From the NCBI GenBank assembly GCA_038126235.1, contig JAYPFK010000011.1, positions 81,863 through 145,862 of the forward strand: a stretch of DNA of 64,000 nt, in the 5' to 3' direction. Positions 1-11,998 of the stretch are shown piece by piece. Below the pieces are notes generated by a model. The model searched no databases, was not told where the DNA came from, and worked only from the letters and a program-made list of their open reading frames with translations. The position numbers and the translations under genes were made by a program. Position 1 is the first letter of the stretch. Every line of letters begins with the position of its first letter. The stretch is from Verrucomicrobiales bacterium. Lineage in GTDB: Bacteria; Verrucomicrobiota; Verrucomicrobiia; Limisphaerales; JAYPEY01.

Positions 1-1205
1 CCAAGGCGTATTTCGACCTGACCGAGGCGAAGGGCGCGATCATCGACAACCCGAAGCTGCCTTTCACGATTGAGCGCGCGGTCGCCAGCAAGGGCTTCGA
101 CAAGACCTTCTGCTGGGTCCACGCCCGCGCCGGAGCGATTCCGCCGAAGGCGCCCGGCAACGATTCCGAGAACCCGCTCATGGTCATGACCCTGCAGAAG
201 CTCCAACTCAGCGGCTCCGATGTCTTTTACGCGCTCAACAACATGCGCAGCGACGACCTCGGCGCAACCTGGACCGCGCCGGAACGCCAAGAAGTCTTCG
301 CCCGGCAGAAGGTGGACGATCACGTCGAAATGACCGTCTGCGACTTCTCACCGCGCTGGCACGCCAAGACCGGCAAACTGCTCGGCACGGGCCACACCGT
401 CGTCTACCAGGATAACAAGGTGAAACACGTCCGCCCCCGCGCCACGCCGTATTCCATCTACGATCCCCAGACGCACAAATGGTCGGCGTGGAAGATCATG
501 GCCGTCCCGGACGAGCCGAAGTTCAAGAACGCCGGAGCCGGCTGCGTGCAGCGCTTCGACCTGCCCGACGGCGACATCCTCCTGCCCTTTTACTTCAAGG
601 AACCGGAGGCGAAGCAGTATTCCGTGACCGTGGCCCGCTGCGCCTTCGACGGAAAGACCCTGCGCTACCTGAAGCACGGCAACGAGATGACCATCCCGGT
701 CCAGCGCGGCTTCGTGGAGCCCTCGGTCACCGGCTTCGGCGGCCGGTTCTTTCTCACCCTGCGCAACGACGAGCATGGCCACGTCGCCGTCAGCGACGAC
801 GGCTTGAACTACAGCGAGCCGAAGAAGTGGACCTTCGACGACGGCGAACTGCTCGGGAACTACAACACCCAGCAGCACTGGGTGACGCATGAGAAGGGGC
901 TGTTCCTCTGTTACACCCGCAAGGGCGCGGGCAACGACCACGTCTTTCGCCACCGCGCGCCGCTGTTCATCGCGCAGGTCGACCCGGACAAACTCCAGGT
1001 CATCCGCGCGACCGAGCAGATCCTGGTGCCCGAGTTAGGCGCGCGCCTCGGCAACTTCGGCGTCACGGAGGTGGGTCCCAACGAGACCTGGGTCACCGTC
1101 ACCGAATGGATGCAGACCAAGGCCCCGCATTGGAACGACTCCTCCATCCCCATGGGCTACGGCTCCGACAACCGCGTCTGGATCGCGAAGCTGAAGTGGC
1201 GGTGA
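1..1205 (+). CDS. BNR/Asp-box sialidase-like beta-propeller protein, 5' end outside window
   Basis: ORF 180..1205 stays open in the same frame back to nt 3 (KAYFDLTEAKGAIIDNPKLPF...FCWVHARAGAIP), so the start lies upstream of the window. Asp-box-like motifs SDDLGATW and SDDGLNYS. Family call by eye only. Confidence 0.65.
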   Translation, partial: KAYFDLTEAKGAIIDNPKLPFTIERAVASKGFDKTFCWVHARAGAIPPKAPGNDSENPLMVMTLQKLQLSGSDVFYALNNMRSDDLGATWTAPERQEVFARQKVDDHVEMTVCDFSPRWHAKTGKLLGTGHTVVYQDNKVKHVRPRATPYSIYDPQTHKWSAWKIMAVPDEPKFKNAGAGCVQRFDLPDGDILLPFYFKEPEAKQYSVTVARCAFDGKTLRYLKHGNEMTIPVQRGFVEPSVTGFGGRFFLTLRNDEHGHVAVSDDGLNYSEPKKWTFDDGELLGNYNTQQHWVTHEKGLFLCYTRKGAGNDHVFRHRAPLFIAQVDPDKLQVIRATEQILVPELGARLGNFGVTEVGPNETWVTVTEWMQTKAPHWNDSSIPMGYGSDNRVWIAKLKWR

Positions 1206-1267
1206 GCCGCGGACACGTTTCACGACCGCGGATGACTCGGATGAGCGGTCGGAGAACCTGACCGCCG

Positions 1268-1392
1268 GAGCGCGGTTGTGTCCCGTCTTCGGGGCCAGCC
1301 GCAGCAGCCGCCGATCAGCAAGCGCGCAAAACCTGATCTGACTTCGGTTGTCACCGAGATTGCTGCGGCTGGTCTCCGACACAGCCGCGCTC
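1268..1392. repeat. MITE-like palindromic element, family 1, copy A
   Basis: Left arm 1268-1308 (GAGCGCGGTTGTGTCCCGTCTTCGGGGCCAGCCGCAGCAGC) is the reverse complement of right arm 1360-1392 (TTGCTGCGGCTGGTCTCCGACACAGCCGCGCTC) apart from a short internal indel. The same arms recur at 32263-32388 and 54187-54301. Confidence 0.8.
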
Positions 1393-1486
1393 CGACCGGA
1401 GGGTTCGAAAACGCAATTGAAGAACAATCAGGGTGAATCCCCCGACTCGGTGAACCCTTTTTCCTTCCGGGGCGCTGAACCCATGT

Positions 1487-3298
1487 ATGAAAGCGCATCA
1501 TTGGCTGTTGGCGGCGGGGCTTCTGGTCGGACTTGCAACAGGTTGCGGGAAGGCGGAGCACAGCGGAGACATCAAGGCGGAATACACGCCCGCCTCCGAA
1601 CAAGCGACGGGCGAGGAGATGTCCATGGAACTGGCGGATGTGGCGGGACCTCCCACCGAGATCCGACGGATGGCGGCGAAGTCCGAAGCCGCCCCGGCGG
1701 GAGCGCCCGCAGAACCGCAGGCGAAAGCCATGACCACCAAATCCGGACGTCGGGTCCGCCAACTCGCGCCGACGGACGCTCCCGCGGCGGCGGCGGCGCG
1801 TCCCTCCTCGGAGATTGCTTCCCCAGGAAGTTCGGCGGCGGAAAAGAAGCGTTCCCAGACGCAAGCTGTCGAGAAACGGAAGTTCCAGGCGGAACTGCCG
1901 GCTCCGCCGGTCGCCGGGGACCGCAAACCCGCTCGAGGCCGGGCCAAGCCGCGCTTCAACCCCGAGGTTGCCACGGGCGACAACGCCTTCTCCACCTTTT
2001 CGCTCAATGTCAGTGATGTCGCCTTCCGACTGACCGAGGCAGGGCTGGCAGCCGGCCGCCTGCCCGATCCCGCCGGCGTGCGCGCCGAGGAGTTCATCAA
2101 CGCCATGGACTACCACGATCCCGCGCCCGCCTCGGGCGAGCGGCTGGCCTTCGCCTGGGAACAGGCGCGCGACCCGTTCCAGCACAACCGCGACCTGATC
2201 CGCCTTTCCGTGCAGACCGGCGCGATCGGCCGGTCGAAGGAACAGCAGCTGAACCTCGTCGCGCTGCTGGACAACTCCGGCTCAATGGAGCGGTCGGACC
2301 GCGTGGAGATCGTCAGGCGCGCGCTGGGCGCCTTGGCGCGCAAACTCACGCCGCGAGACCGGATCAGCGTCGTCGCCTTCGCCCGGACGCCGAGGCTGCT
2401 GATCGATGGCGCGCCGGGCGGCGATCCGGCGGCGCTGCTGAAGCGGGTCGCCGGACTGACGCCGGAAGGCGGCACAAACCTGGATGCCGCGCTCGACCTG
2501 GCCTACGAGATTGCCTCCCGACATTTCCAAAAAGAGGGCGTGAACCGCGTGATTCTTCTCACCGACGGTGCCGCCAACCTCGGACGCGTCGATCCAGAAG
2601 CGTTGAAACACAAGGCGGAGGCGCAACGGCGGCGCGGCATCGCGCTGGACTGTTTCGGCGTTGGCTGGGACGGCTACAACGATGCCTTGCTGGAAGCGTT
2701 GACCCGCAACGCCGACGGTCGCTACGGCTTCCTGAACGACCCGCTCGACGCGGAAGGCGACTTCGCGGACCAACTCGCCGGAGCCCTGCGCGTCGCGGCC
2801 CGGGACGTGAAGGCGCAGGTGGAGTTCAATCCCGCCCGCGTCCTGTCCTGGCGGCAGATCGGCTACGAGAAGCGTCAGTTGAAGAAGGAGGACTTCCGGG
2901 ACAACTCCGTCGATGCCGCCGAGATCGGGGCCGCGGAAACCGGGACCGCCGTCTATTCCGTGCAGCTCGATCCGCGCGGAATCGGGCCCTTGGGCGTGGC
3001 GCGCGTCCGGTTCCTGAATCCCGACACGGGACGCTACGAGGAGCGGTCGTGGACGTTGTTTCATCGAGCCAGCGCGCCGGCGTTGGCGGACAGTCCGCCC
3101 GCAATGCGCGTGGCCGGTTGCGCCGCCAAGTTTGCCGGCTGGCTGGCGGGCAATCCCCACGACCGCGGCGCGAGCCTCGCTGAGCTCCGCGTCTGCCTGG
3201 CCGGAACGGACACGGCCTTCGCCCGGGATCCCATGCCGGCCCGCCTGCTGAGGATGATCCAGCAGGCCCAACTGATCGGCGGCTCGGGGGATTCGTGA
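1487..3298 (+). CDS. von Willebrand factor type A domain lipoprotein (YfbK-like)
   Basis: Lipobox-like signal LLVGLATGC, followed by an Ala/Pro/Glu-rich linker. Conserved block FSTFSLNVSDVAF...EEFINAMDYHDP. MIDAS DxSxS motif (LLDNSGSME). Long C-terminal domain as in YfbK-type proteins. Confidence 0.85.
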   Translation: MKAHHWLLAAGLLVGLATGCGKAEHSGDIKAEYTPASEQATGEEMSMELADVAGPPTEIRRMAAKSEAAPAGAPAEPQAKAMTTKSGRRVRQLAPTDAPAAAAARPSSEIASPGSSAAEKKRSQTQAVEKRKFQAELPAPPVAGDRKPARGRAKPRFNPEVATGDNAFSTFSLNVSDVAFRLTEAGLAAGRLPDPAGVRAEEFINAMDYHDPAPASGERLAFAWEQARDPFQHNRDLIRLSVQTGAIGRSKEQQLNLVALLDNSGSMERSDRVEIVRRALGALARKLTPRDRISVVAFARTPRLLIDGAPGGDPAALLKRVAGLTPEGGTNLDAALDLAYEIASRHFQKEGVNRVILLTDGAANLGRVDPEALKHKAEAQRRRGIALDCFGVGWDGYNDALLEALTRNADGRYGFLNDPLDAEGDFADQLAGALRVAARDVKAQVEFNPARVLSWRQIGYEKRQLKKEDFRDNSVDAAEIGAAETGTAVYSVQLDPRGIGPLGVARVRFLNPDTGRYEERSWTLFHRASAPALADSPPAMRVAGCAAKFAGWLAGNPHDRGASLAELRVCLAGTDTAFARDPMPARLLRMIQQAQLIGGSGDS

Positions 3299-3351
3299 GA
3301 ATTTCGGAGGCAGACGCGGGACAAGACCCGCATGAGAAGTCTCCACGATTC

Positions 3352-3423
3352 GCAGCAGCCGAGGTGACAAGGCTCATTTCAGAGGGCCCCATAGAGCATG
3401 AGCCTCCTCACGTCGGCTGCTAC
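3352..3423. repeat. Intergenic GC hairpin element (24-nt arms, 24-nt loop)
   Basis: 3352-3375 GCAGCAGCCGAGGTGACAAGGCTC pairs imperfectly with 3400-3423 GAGCCTCCTCACGTCGGCTGCTAC. It lies between the vWA gene stop and the ABC exporter start. Only one copy in this window. Confidence 0.6.
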
Positions 3424-3565
3424 AAGGTTTTGGGATGTTCCCCGCCGGCCCCGTCACTTCGTCCATCTCACCTCAAAACGACCGCATTTCATACCCACAG
3501 GTTGAGGTTGTGATTTGGGCGGGGTTGGGATAGGGGTGCCCGGACGCGCGCGTTGCGGTCGCCCC

Positions 3566-5452
3566 ATGAAATACCTGAAGAACATACTCGAGTTTGGCCT
3601 GCCGTTCCTGCGGAACTATTGGCGGCGGTTCATCCTGGCGGTGATTCTCGGGGCATTGTTCGGCTTTTCCCACGCGTTCATCCTCGGCGGCGTCAAGGTC
3701 CTGGTCGGGCGCATGGAGCTGTCTTCCAATCACGCCCAGGTGGAAACCGTCGTCCGGGAAGAGCCCGCCTCCCCCTCCGCCATGAAGCGCTTTGGCGAGG
3801 CCCTCGGCGTCGATACCGAGGGCCTGGGCCGCAGTTTCGACGAGACCGTGGACGAATGGCTCCCCCGCCCGGGACGCGAGATCGACGCCCGGCAGATCGT
3901 CGGACTGGTCCTGTTGATCCCGCTGCTGGTGGCGGCGCGCGGCTTCCTCGGCTATGCGAGCAGCTACCTCATGGGCTGGGTCAGCACCCGCGTCATCAAC
4001 GACATGCGGGTGCGCGTCTTGGAGAAGCTGAACGAGCTCTCCCTGGAGTTCTTCAACCGCTCCCAGTCCGGGGACCTGATCACGCGCATCAACGGCGACA
4101 CCATGATGCTGTATCGCGCGCTGAACCTGGGGTTGTCGGACATCATCAAGGAGCCGATCACGGTCGTCGCCATTGCGGTCTGGCTCTTCCTCAACGACTG
4201 GAAGCTGACCCTGACCTTCATGACGGTCGTGCCGGTCATCGTGCTGCCGCTCATCATACTGGGGCGAAAGGTGCGCAAGGCAAGCAAGGGCAAGGTGAAG
4301 GCGGGCGTCGCGCAGTCCAACCTCCTCATCGAGATGCTCGCCGGCATCCGGGTGGTCAAGGCCTTCTGCATGGAAGGCTACCGCATCAACCGGTTCAAGA
4401 AGCTCAGCGGCCAGATCGTGCACAACGACATGAAGGCCATCCAGGCGCAGCAGCTGATCAACCCCGTCCTGGAAACCATCGTCGCGCTCGCCTTCGCCCT
4501 GTTCCTGGTCTTCGTCTTCAAGTCGGGCCGGGACCTTGAAGACATGATCGCCTTCGCGGCGGGACTCGGCCTGGCCTACGATCCCGTCAAGAAGATCTCC
4601 CGGCTGCACATGCTGTTTTCCCAGGCAAGCGTCGGCGCCGACCGCCTGAAGGAGGTCTTCGAGCAGGAGGCCAGCGTGCCCGAACCGGCGACGGCAAAGG
4701 AGATCGAATCCTCGGCCGGCAACGTGACCTTCGAGAATGTGAGCTTCGCCTACAAGGAGGAACCGGTGCTGCGCGGCATCAACCTCACGGTGAAGGCCGG
4801 AGAAAAGATCGGCATCGCCGGGGAGAGCGGCTCCGGCAAGAGCACGCTCATGAACCTGGTCTTCCGCTTTTTCGACCCGACCGAAGGCCGCGTGACCCTG
4901 GGCGGCGTGGATCTCCGGGAACTGCGCAACGCGGACCTGCGCCAACATCTCGCCCTCGTCAGCCAGGAGATCGTCCTGTTCGACATGACCGTCGCGGAGA
5001 ACATCGCCTGCGGGCGTCTCGACGCGACCCGCGAGGAGATCATCGCCGCCGCCAGGGCCGCGCACGCGCACGAGTTCATCGACCGCCTGCCCGACGGCTA
5101 CGACACCCAGATCGGCGAGCGCGGCGTGACGCTCTCGGGCGGACAGCGGCAACGGCTTTCCATCGCCCGCGCCTTCGTGCGCGACGCTCCCGTGCTCGCG
5201 CTGGACGAGGCGACCGCCGCCCTCGATTCGGAGGTCGAGGCCGAGGTGCAACGCACGATCGACGAACTCGCCGAACACCGCACCGTGTTCTGCATCGCGC
5301 ACCGGCTTTCGACCCTCGCGCGCATGGACCGCGTCGTCGTCCTTTCAAAGGGGCGGATCGTTGAGACGGGCGGCTACGAGGAACTGGTGAAGAAGGGCGG
5401 CATATTCGCCGCCATGGCGGCCCGCCAAGGGATCCGCGCCGAAGACCTTTGA
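3566..5452 (+). CDS. ABC transporter permease/ATPase, MsbA-like lipid exporter
   Basis: N-terminal six-TM domain. Walker A GESGSGKST, ABC signature LSGGQRQR, Walker B VLALDEAT. Start placed at ATG 3566 (MKYLKNIL); the ORF-track start at 3515 is a TTG with an Arg/Gly-rich leader. Confidence 0.9.
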   Translation: MKYLKNILEFGLPFLRNYWRRFILAVILGALFGFSHAFILGGVKVLVGRMELSSNHAQVETVVREEPASPSAMKRFGEALGVDTEGLGRSFDETVDEWLPRPGREIDARQIVGLVLLIPLLVAARGFLGYASSYLMGWVSTRVINDMRVRVLEKLNELSLEFFNRSQSGDLITRINGDTMMLYRALNLGLSDIIKEPITVVAIAVWLFLNDWKLTLTFMTVVPVIVLPLIILGRKVRKASKGKVKAGVAQSNLLIEMLAGIRVVKAFCMEGYRINRFKKLSGQIVHNDMKAIQAQQLINPVLETIVALAFALFLVFVFKSGRDLEDMIAFAAGLGLAYDPVKKISRLHMLFSQASVGADRLKEVFEQEASVPEPATAKEIESSAGNVTFENVSFAYKEEPVLRGINLTVKAGEKIGIAGESGSGKSTLMNLVFRFFDPTEGRVTLGGVDLRELRNADLRQHLALVSQEIVLFDMTVAENIACGRLDATREEIIAAARAAHAHEFIDRLPDGYDTQIGERGVTLSGGQRQRLSIARAFVRDAPVLALDEATAALDSEVEAEVQRTIDELAEHRTVFCIAHRLSTLARMDRVVVLSKGRIVETGGYEELVKKGGIFAAMAARQGIRAEDL

Positions 5453-5595
5453 GCAATGAGGTTCTTCGACGTTCTCAGAGGAACGCAGTGGCGGGTCGGA
5501 CTGGAGCGGCATCCGGTTTTTCCCGGCATCTTGTTGTGCGCGCCAGCGTTTTCGTGAACTCCATCGATTCCACTGAAAACGTCGAAGAACCTAAG

Positions 5596-7824
5596 ATGAG
5601 CAAATCCGGCTTCCTTGAATTTCGCCCGCATCGGCTTGGCCAAAATCTGTTCCCCCGCCTTGTCGCGATCCTGTGCCTCGCGCTGTGCGCTGTTCCGTTG
5701 GCTCAGCCCAAAGCGGCGGAGCGGCCCAACATTGTCCTGCTGTTCGCGGACGACATGGGCTACTCGGACATCGGCTGCTTCGGCTCGGAAATTGAGACGC
5801 CGAACCTCGACCGGCTCGCGACCAACGGCGTGCGCTTCTCTCACTTCTACAACACCGGCCGCTGCTGCCCCTCGCGCGCGTCCATCCTGACGGGACTTTA
5901 TCCGCACCAGGCGGACATCGGACACATGGCCGGCGACCTCGGCGTTCGGGGTTACCGGGACCGCCTGAGTTTCAACGCCGTCACGCTGGCCGAGGTCCTC
6001 GGCTCCGCCGGCTATCACACCATCATGTCCGGCAAATGGCACCTCGGCTGGCGCGACGAGGGCTGCCCCACCGCCCGGGGTTTCCAGCAGTTCTACGGGA
6101 CGCGCGGCTACATCGACAGCTACTACACCATCGTCCCGCGCACCGAGGTCTACCTGAACGAGAAGCTCGTCCTGCCCGTCACCGAGAAGCCGGTCAACCA
6201 CCTCCGGCCCGATCAGGAGTGGTACACCACCGATGTCTTCACCGACTACGCGCTGCACTTCATCGACAACGCACGCGCCCGGGACGACCAACCCTTCTTC
6301 CTCTACCTCGCCTACAACGCGCCGCACTTCCCGCTCCACGCCAAACCCGAGGACGTGAAGAAGTATCGCGGACGTTACCGCGACGGCTGGAAGAAGTTTC
6401 GCGAACAACGCCACGCGCGGCTGCAGGAACTGGGCATCGTCGACCAACGCTGGCCGCTTTCGCCGCTCGACGTTCCAGAGTGGGATTCGCTCACCGACCA
6501 GCAGCGCGACGACATGGACTTCAAGATGTCCCTGTTCGCCGCGATCGTGGATCGGCTTGACCAGAACATCGGCCGCGTCGTTGATCACCTGGAGAAGATC
6601 GGCGAACTGGACAACACATTGCTGATCTTCGTGTCCGACAATGGCGGGACCAAGGAGACCGGTCTGTTCGGCATCAAGGGAGACAAGAACACGGTTGCGA
6701 ACTACGACGCCTGGGCGCGTGTGGGCGGCTGGTCCAGCAGCTACGGCCAGGGCTGGGCCAACCTGAGCAACACGCCCTTCCGCCGCTACAAACGTGAAAA
6801 CCACGAGGGCGGCGTCAGCGCCCCGTTCATCGCGCACTGGCCCGCCGGCATCAAGACGAAGGGCGCGCTGCGGAAACAGGTCGCGCACTTGGTCGATCTC
6901 ATGCCGACCTTCGCCGAGGTCGCGGACGCGACCTATCCGACGGAGTTCAAGGGACACAAGATCCAGCCGCTGGAGGGCCGCAGCCTGCTGCCCTTTTTTG
7001 ATTCGACGAAAACCGAACCGCGGACGCTTTTCTGGGAACACGAGGGCAACCGCGCCATCCGCGATGGCGATTGGAAGCTCGTGGGGAGCCGGAACGAACC
7101 CTGCGAGCTCTACCGGATGGATCGCGACCGCACCGAACTGAACGACCTCAGCGGGAAAGAGCCCGGACGTTTTGCCGCTCTGACGAAGAAGTGGGACGCC
7201 TGGGCGGAAAAGGTCGGGGTCCTGACGCCTGAGGAATTCGAGACGACGCGCAAGGCCTTCAACGCCCAACGCGAGAAGTCACTCCCGAAGGTGGGCGTGG
7301 AAGTCTGCGGCGAGGTGTTGCAGTTCGCGAGCCAGCGGACGAAACGCCGCAACGGCGTCTGGGAATTCAATGGCAAGGGCTGGCTCGATCTCCCCCGCAA
7401 GTCCGCGCCCGAGGTGGCGGGCCGACGAAATCTCCGCTTCAGCGGCAGGTTTGAGACGGAGGCTCAGGACGGCGTCCTCGTGGCGCACGGCGGCAATCGC
7501 ATGGGCATTGCCGTCCACCTGAAACAAGGGCGGCTGGTCTTCACGCAGGTCTCGGATTGGAAGCGGGCGGCGGTTCGCTCCCAACCCTTGGGAGCCGGCG
7601 AACATCGCTTCGAGGCGACGCGCCACGCGGACGGCCGCCTGACGCTCCGGGTGGACGATCGGGCGCCGATTTCCGCGACGAGCGCAGTCCTGCAGAACAA
7701 CCCCGGCGACTCGCTCCAGATCGGCGCGGACACCATCCAACCGGTCGGGGAGTATTCGTCGCCGAACGCCTTCCGAGGACGGCTGTGGGACCTGAAGATC
7801 GACTACGGCACCAGAACGCGGTAG
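5596..7824 (+). CDS. Cys-type sulfatase with C-terminal LamG-like domain
   Basis: Signal peptide (LVAILCLALCAVPLAQP). Motifs PNIVLLFADDMGYSD and the formylglycine motif CCPSRASILTG. C-terminal ~200 aa has a concanavalin/LamG-like pattern (GVLVAHGGNRMGIAVHLKQGRLVF...LRVDD...FRGRLWDLKI). Start at ATG 5596. Confidence 0.88.
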   Translation: MSKSGFLEFRPHRLGQNLFPRLVAILCLALCAVPLAQPKAAERPNIVLLFADDMGYSDIGCFGSEIETPNLDRLATNGVRFSHFYNTGRCCPSRASILTGLYPHQADIGHMAGDLGVRGYRDRLSFNAVTLAEVLGSAGYHTIMSGKWHLGWRDEGCPTARGFQQFYGTRGYIDSYYTIVPRTEVYLNEKLVLPVTEKPVNHLRPDQEWYTTDVFTDYALHFIDNARARDDQPFFLYLAYNAPHFPLHAKPEDVKKYRGRYRDGWKKFREQRHARLQELGIVDQRWPLSPLDVPEWDSLTDQQRDDMDFKMSLFAAIVDRLDQNIGRVVDHLEKIGELDNTLLIFVSDNGGTKETGLFGIKGDKNTVANYDAWARVGGWSSSYGQGWANLSNTPFRRYKRENHEGGVSAPFIAHWPAGIKTKGALRKQVAHLVDLMPTFAEVADATYPTEFKGHKIQPLEGRSLLPFFDSTKTEPRTLFWEHEGNRAIRDGDWKLVGSRNEPCELYRMDRDRTELNDLSGKEPGRFAALTKKWDAWAEKVGVLTPEEFETTRKAFNAQREKSLPKVGVEVCGEVLQFASQRTKRRNGVWEFNGKGWLDLPRKSAPEVAGRRNLRFSGRFETEAQDGVLVAHGGNRMGIAVHLKQGRLVFTQVSDWKRAAVRSQPLGAGEHRFEATRHADGRLTLRVDDRAPISATSAVLQNNPGDSLQIGADTIQPVGEYSSPNAFRGRLWDLKIDYGTRTR

Positions 7825-7892
7825 CGCGACAACGAAGCCCGCATCGAAAGACGTTCTTCCCGAACAGCGGAAGAGCGCCTAAAGTCGGCTCA

Positions 7893-11036
<3,144 letters not shown>

Positions 11037-11046
11037 ACCACTAACA

Positions 11047-11133
11047 GGCCCAACGGGCCGGCCCTATGACAGCCCAGGGCAACGCCTTGGGCAAACCGAC
11101 CAAACCAAATCGAGCCCCAACGGGGCGGCCCCA
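11047..11133 (+). repeat. REP-like unit 1 (three GC hairpins with AAC loops)
   Basis: GGCCC-AAC-GGGCC (11047-11059), CCCAGGGC-AAC-GCCTTGGG (11073-11091) and GCCCC-AAC-GGGGC (11114-11126). Confidence 0.85.
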
Positions 11134-11148
11134 AAGAAACGCAACCCG

Positions 11149-11607
11149 ATGCCACAATCCCTCGCCAAGGTCGTCATCCACATCGTGTTCTCAACCAAGA
11201 ACCGACACCCTTGGCTTGCCTCCTCCGACCTGCAATCCGGCCTCCACGCCTACATGGCGACCATTCTCCGAAACAACGTGGATTCACCGGCCATGCTCAT
11301 CAACGGCATGCCCGATCACATCCACGCGCTTTGCCAGTTGAGCCGCAAGTTTGCCATCATGGACGTCCTCAAAGAGATGAAGACCGAAACCAGCAAATGG
11401 CTGAAAGCCCAGTCTGCCAAAACGTCGGATTTTGCATGGCAATCGGGATACGGCGCCTTCTCGGTCAGCGAATCGAACATCCCCAAGGTGCGGGACTATA
11501 TTGCCAATCAGGAAGAACATCACAAGCGGGCGTCGTTCCAGGACGAGTTTCGCGCATTGTGTAAACGACATGGCATTGAATTGGATGAACGATATGCCTG
11601 GGATTAG
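11149..11607 (+). CDS. REP-associated tyrosine transposase (IS200-like, Y1_Tnp family)
   Basis: 152 aa. HUH motif in MPDHIHAL. C-terminal catalytic-Tyr block RDYIANQEEHH. Overall pattern (VVIHIVFSTKNR...WQSGYGAFSVS) matches IS200-like/RAYT proteins. Confidence 0.88.
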   Translation: MPQSLAKVVIHIVFSTKNRHPWLASSDLQSGLHAYMATILRNNVDSPAMLINGMPDHIHALCQLSRKFAIMDVLKEMKTETSKWLKAQSAKTSDFAWQSGYGAFSVSESNIPKVRDYIANQEEHHKRASFQDEFRALCKRHGIELDERYAWD

Positions 11608-11692
11608 GGCCGCCCCGTTGGGGCTTTGGGCCTTTTCGACACGCAGACCCGGGGCGGCGCCCCGGGCTGACATGGAGCCGGCCCTTTGGGCC
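11607..11692 (-). repeat. REP-like unit 2 (inverted, diverged)
   Basis: GCCCC-GTT-GGGGC (11612-11624) is the exact reverse complement of the third hairpin of unit 1. CCCGGGGC-GGC-GCCCCGGG (11648-11666) and GGCCC-TTT-GGGCC (11680-11692) align with the other two hairpins. Confidence 0.75.
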
Positions 11693-11798
11693 TTCAAGGC
11701 AGGCCGCGAAATGAATCGCGGTCAAACGGGCAGAATGACAAAGACGACGACGCGATGACACAGTAGTGGCAGAAATGAACGATGAAACCTCGGCCCCA

Positions 11799-11885
11799 GG
11801 CCCAACGGGCCGGCCTCATGAAAGCCCAGGGCAACGCCCTGGGAAACCCGAACAAATTGAACCGAGCCCCAACGGGGCGGCCCCA
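11799..11885 (+). repeat. REP-like unit 3 (direct copy of unit 1)
   Basis: GGCCCAACGGGCC (11799-11811), CCCAGGGCAACGCCCTGGG (11825-11843) and GCCCCAACGGGGC (11866-11878). Same order and spacing as unit 1. Confidence 0.85.
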
Positions 11886-11998
11886 ATCAAACGCACAGGA
11901 CCTGAACCAACACCGATGAGCCCGGACAATCGACAACTCCCGGCCCGCCTGTTGGGCCTTTCATTCGTGTAATCTGTGTATTCCGTGGTCGAAACAAA

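Larger units (their letters stand above)
11047..11885 (+). mobile_element. RAYT (IS200-like Y1 transposase) with flanking REP-like hairpin units
   Basis: The Y1 transposase gene 11149..11607 is bracketed by a ~87-bp three-hairpin unit at 11047-11133 and an inverted, diverged copy at 11607-11692. A further direct copy lies at 11799-11885. Confidence 0.8.

Noticed and set aside
11211-11564. Alternative-frame ORF (117 aa) inside the RAYT gene.
   Set aside because: It overlaps a frame with clear HUH/Tyr transposase motifs, and its own sequence is Arg/His/Pro-rich with no motif.
11766-11972. Small ORFs inside repeat elements. Examples: 11766..11972, 11066..11341, 1348..2016 N-terminus, 36904..37134 and 23237..23437.
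   Set aside because: Their peptides (PNGAAPIK, SPRLLRLVSDTAALR, SAHWGQFA and similar) are just translations of the REP/MITE hairpin arms and recur wherever the repeat recurs.
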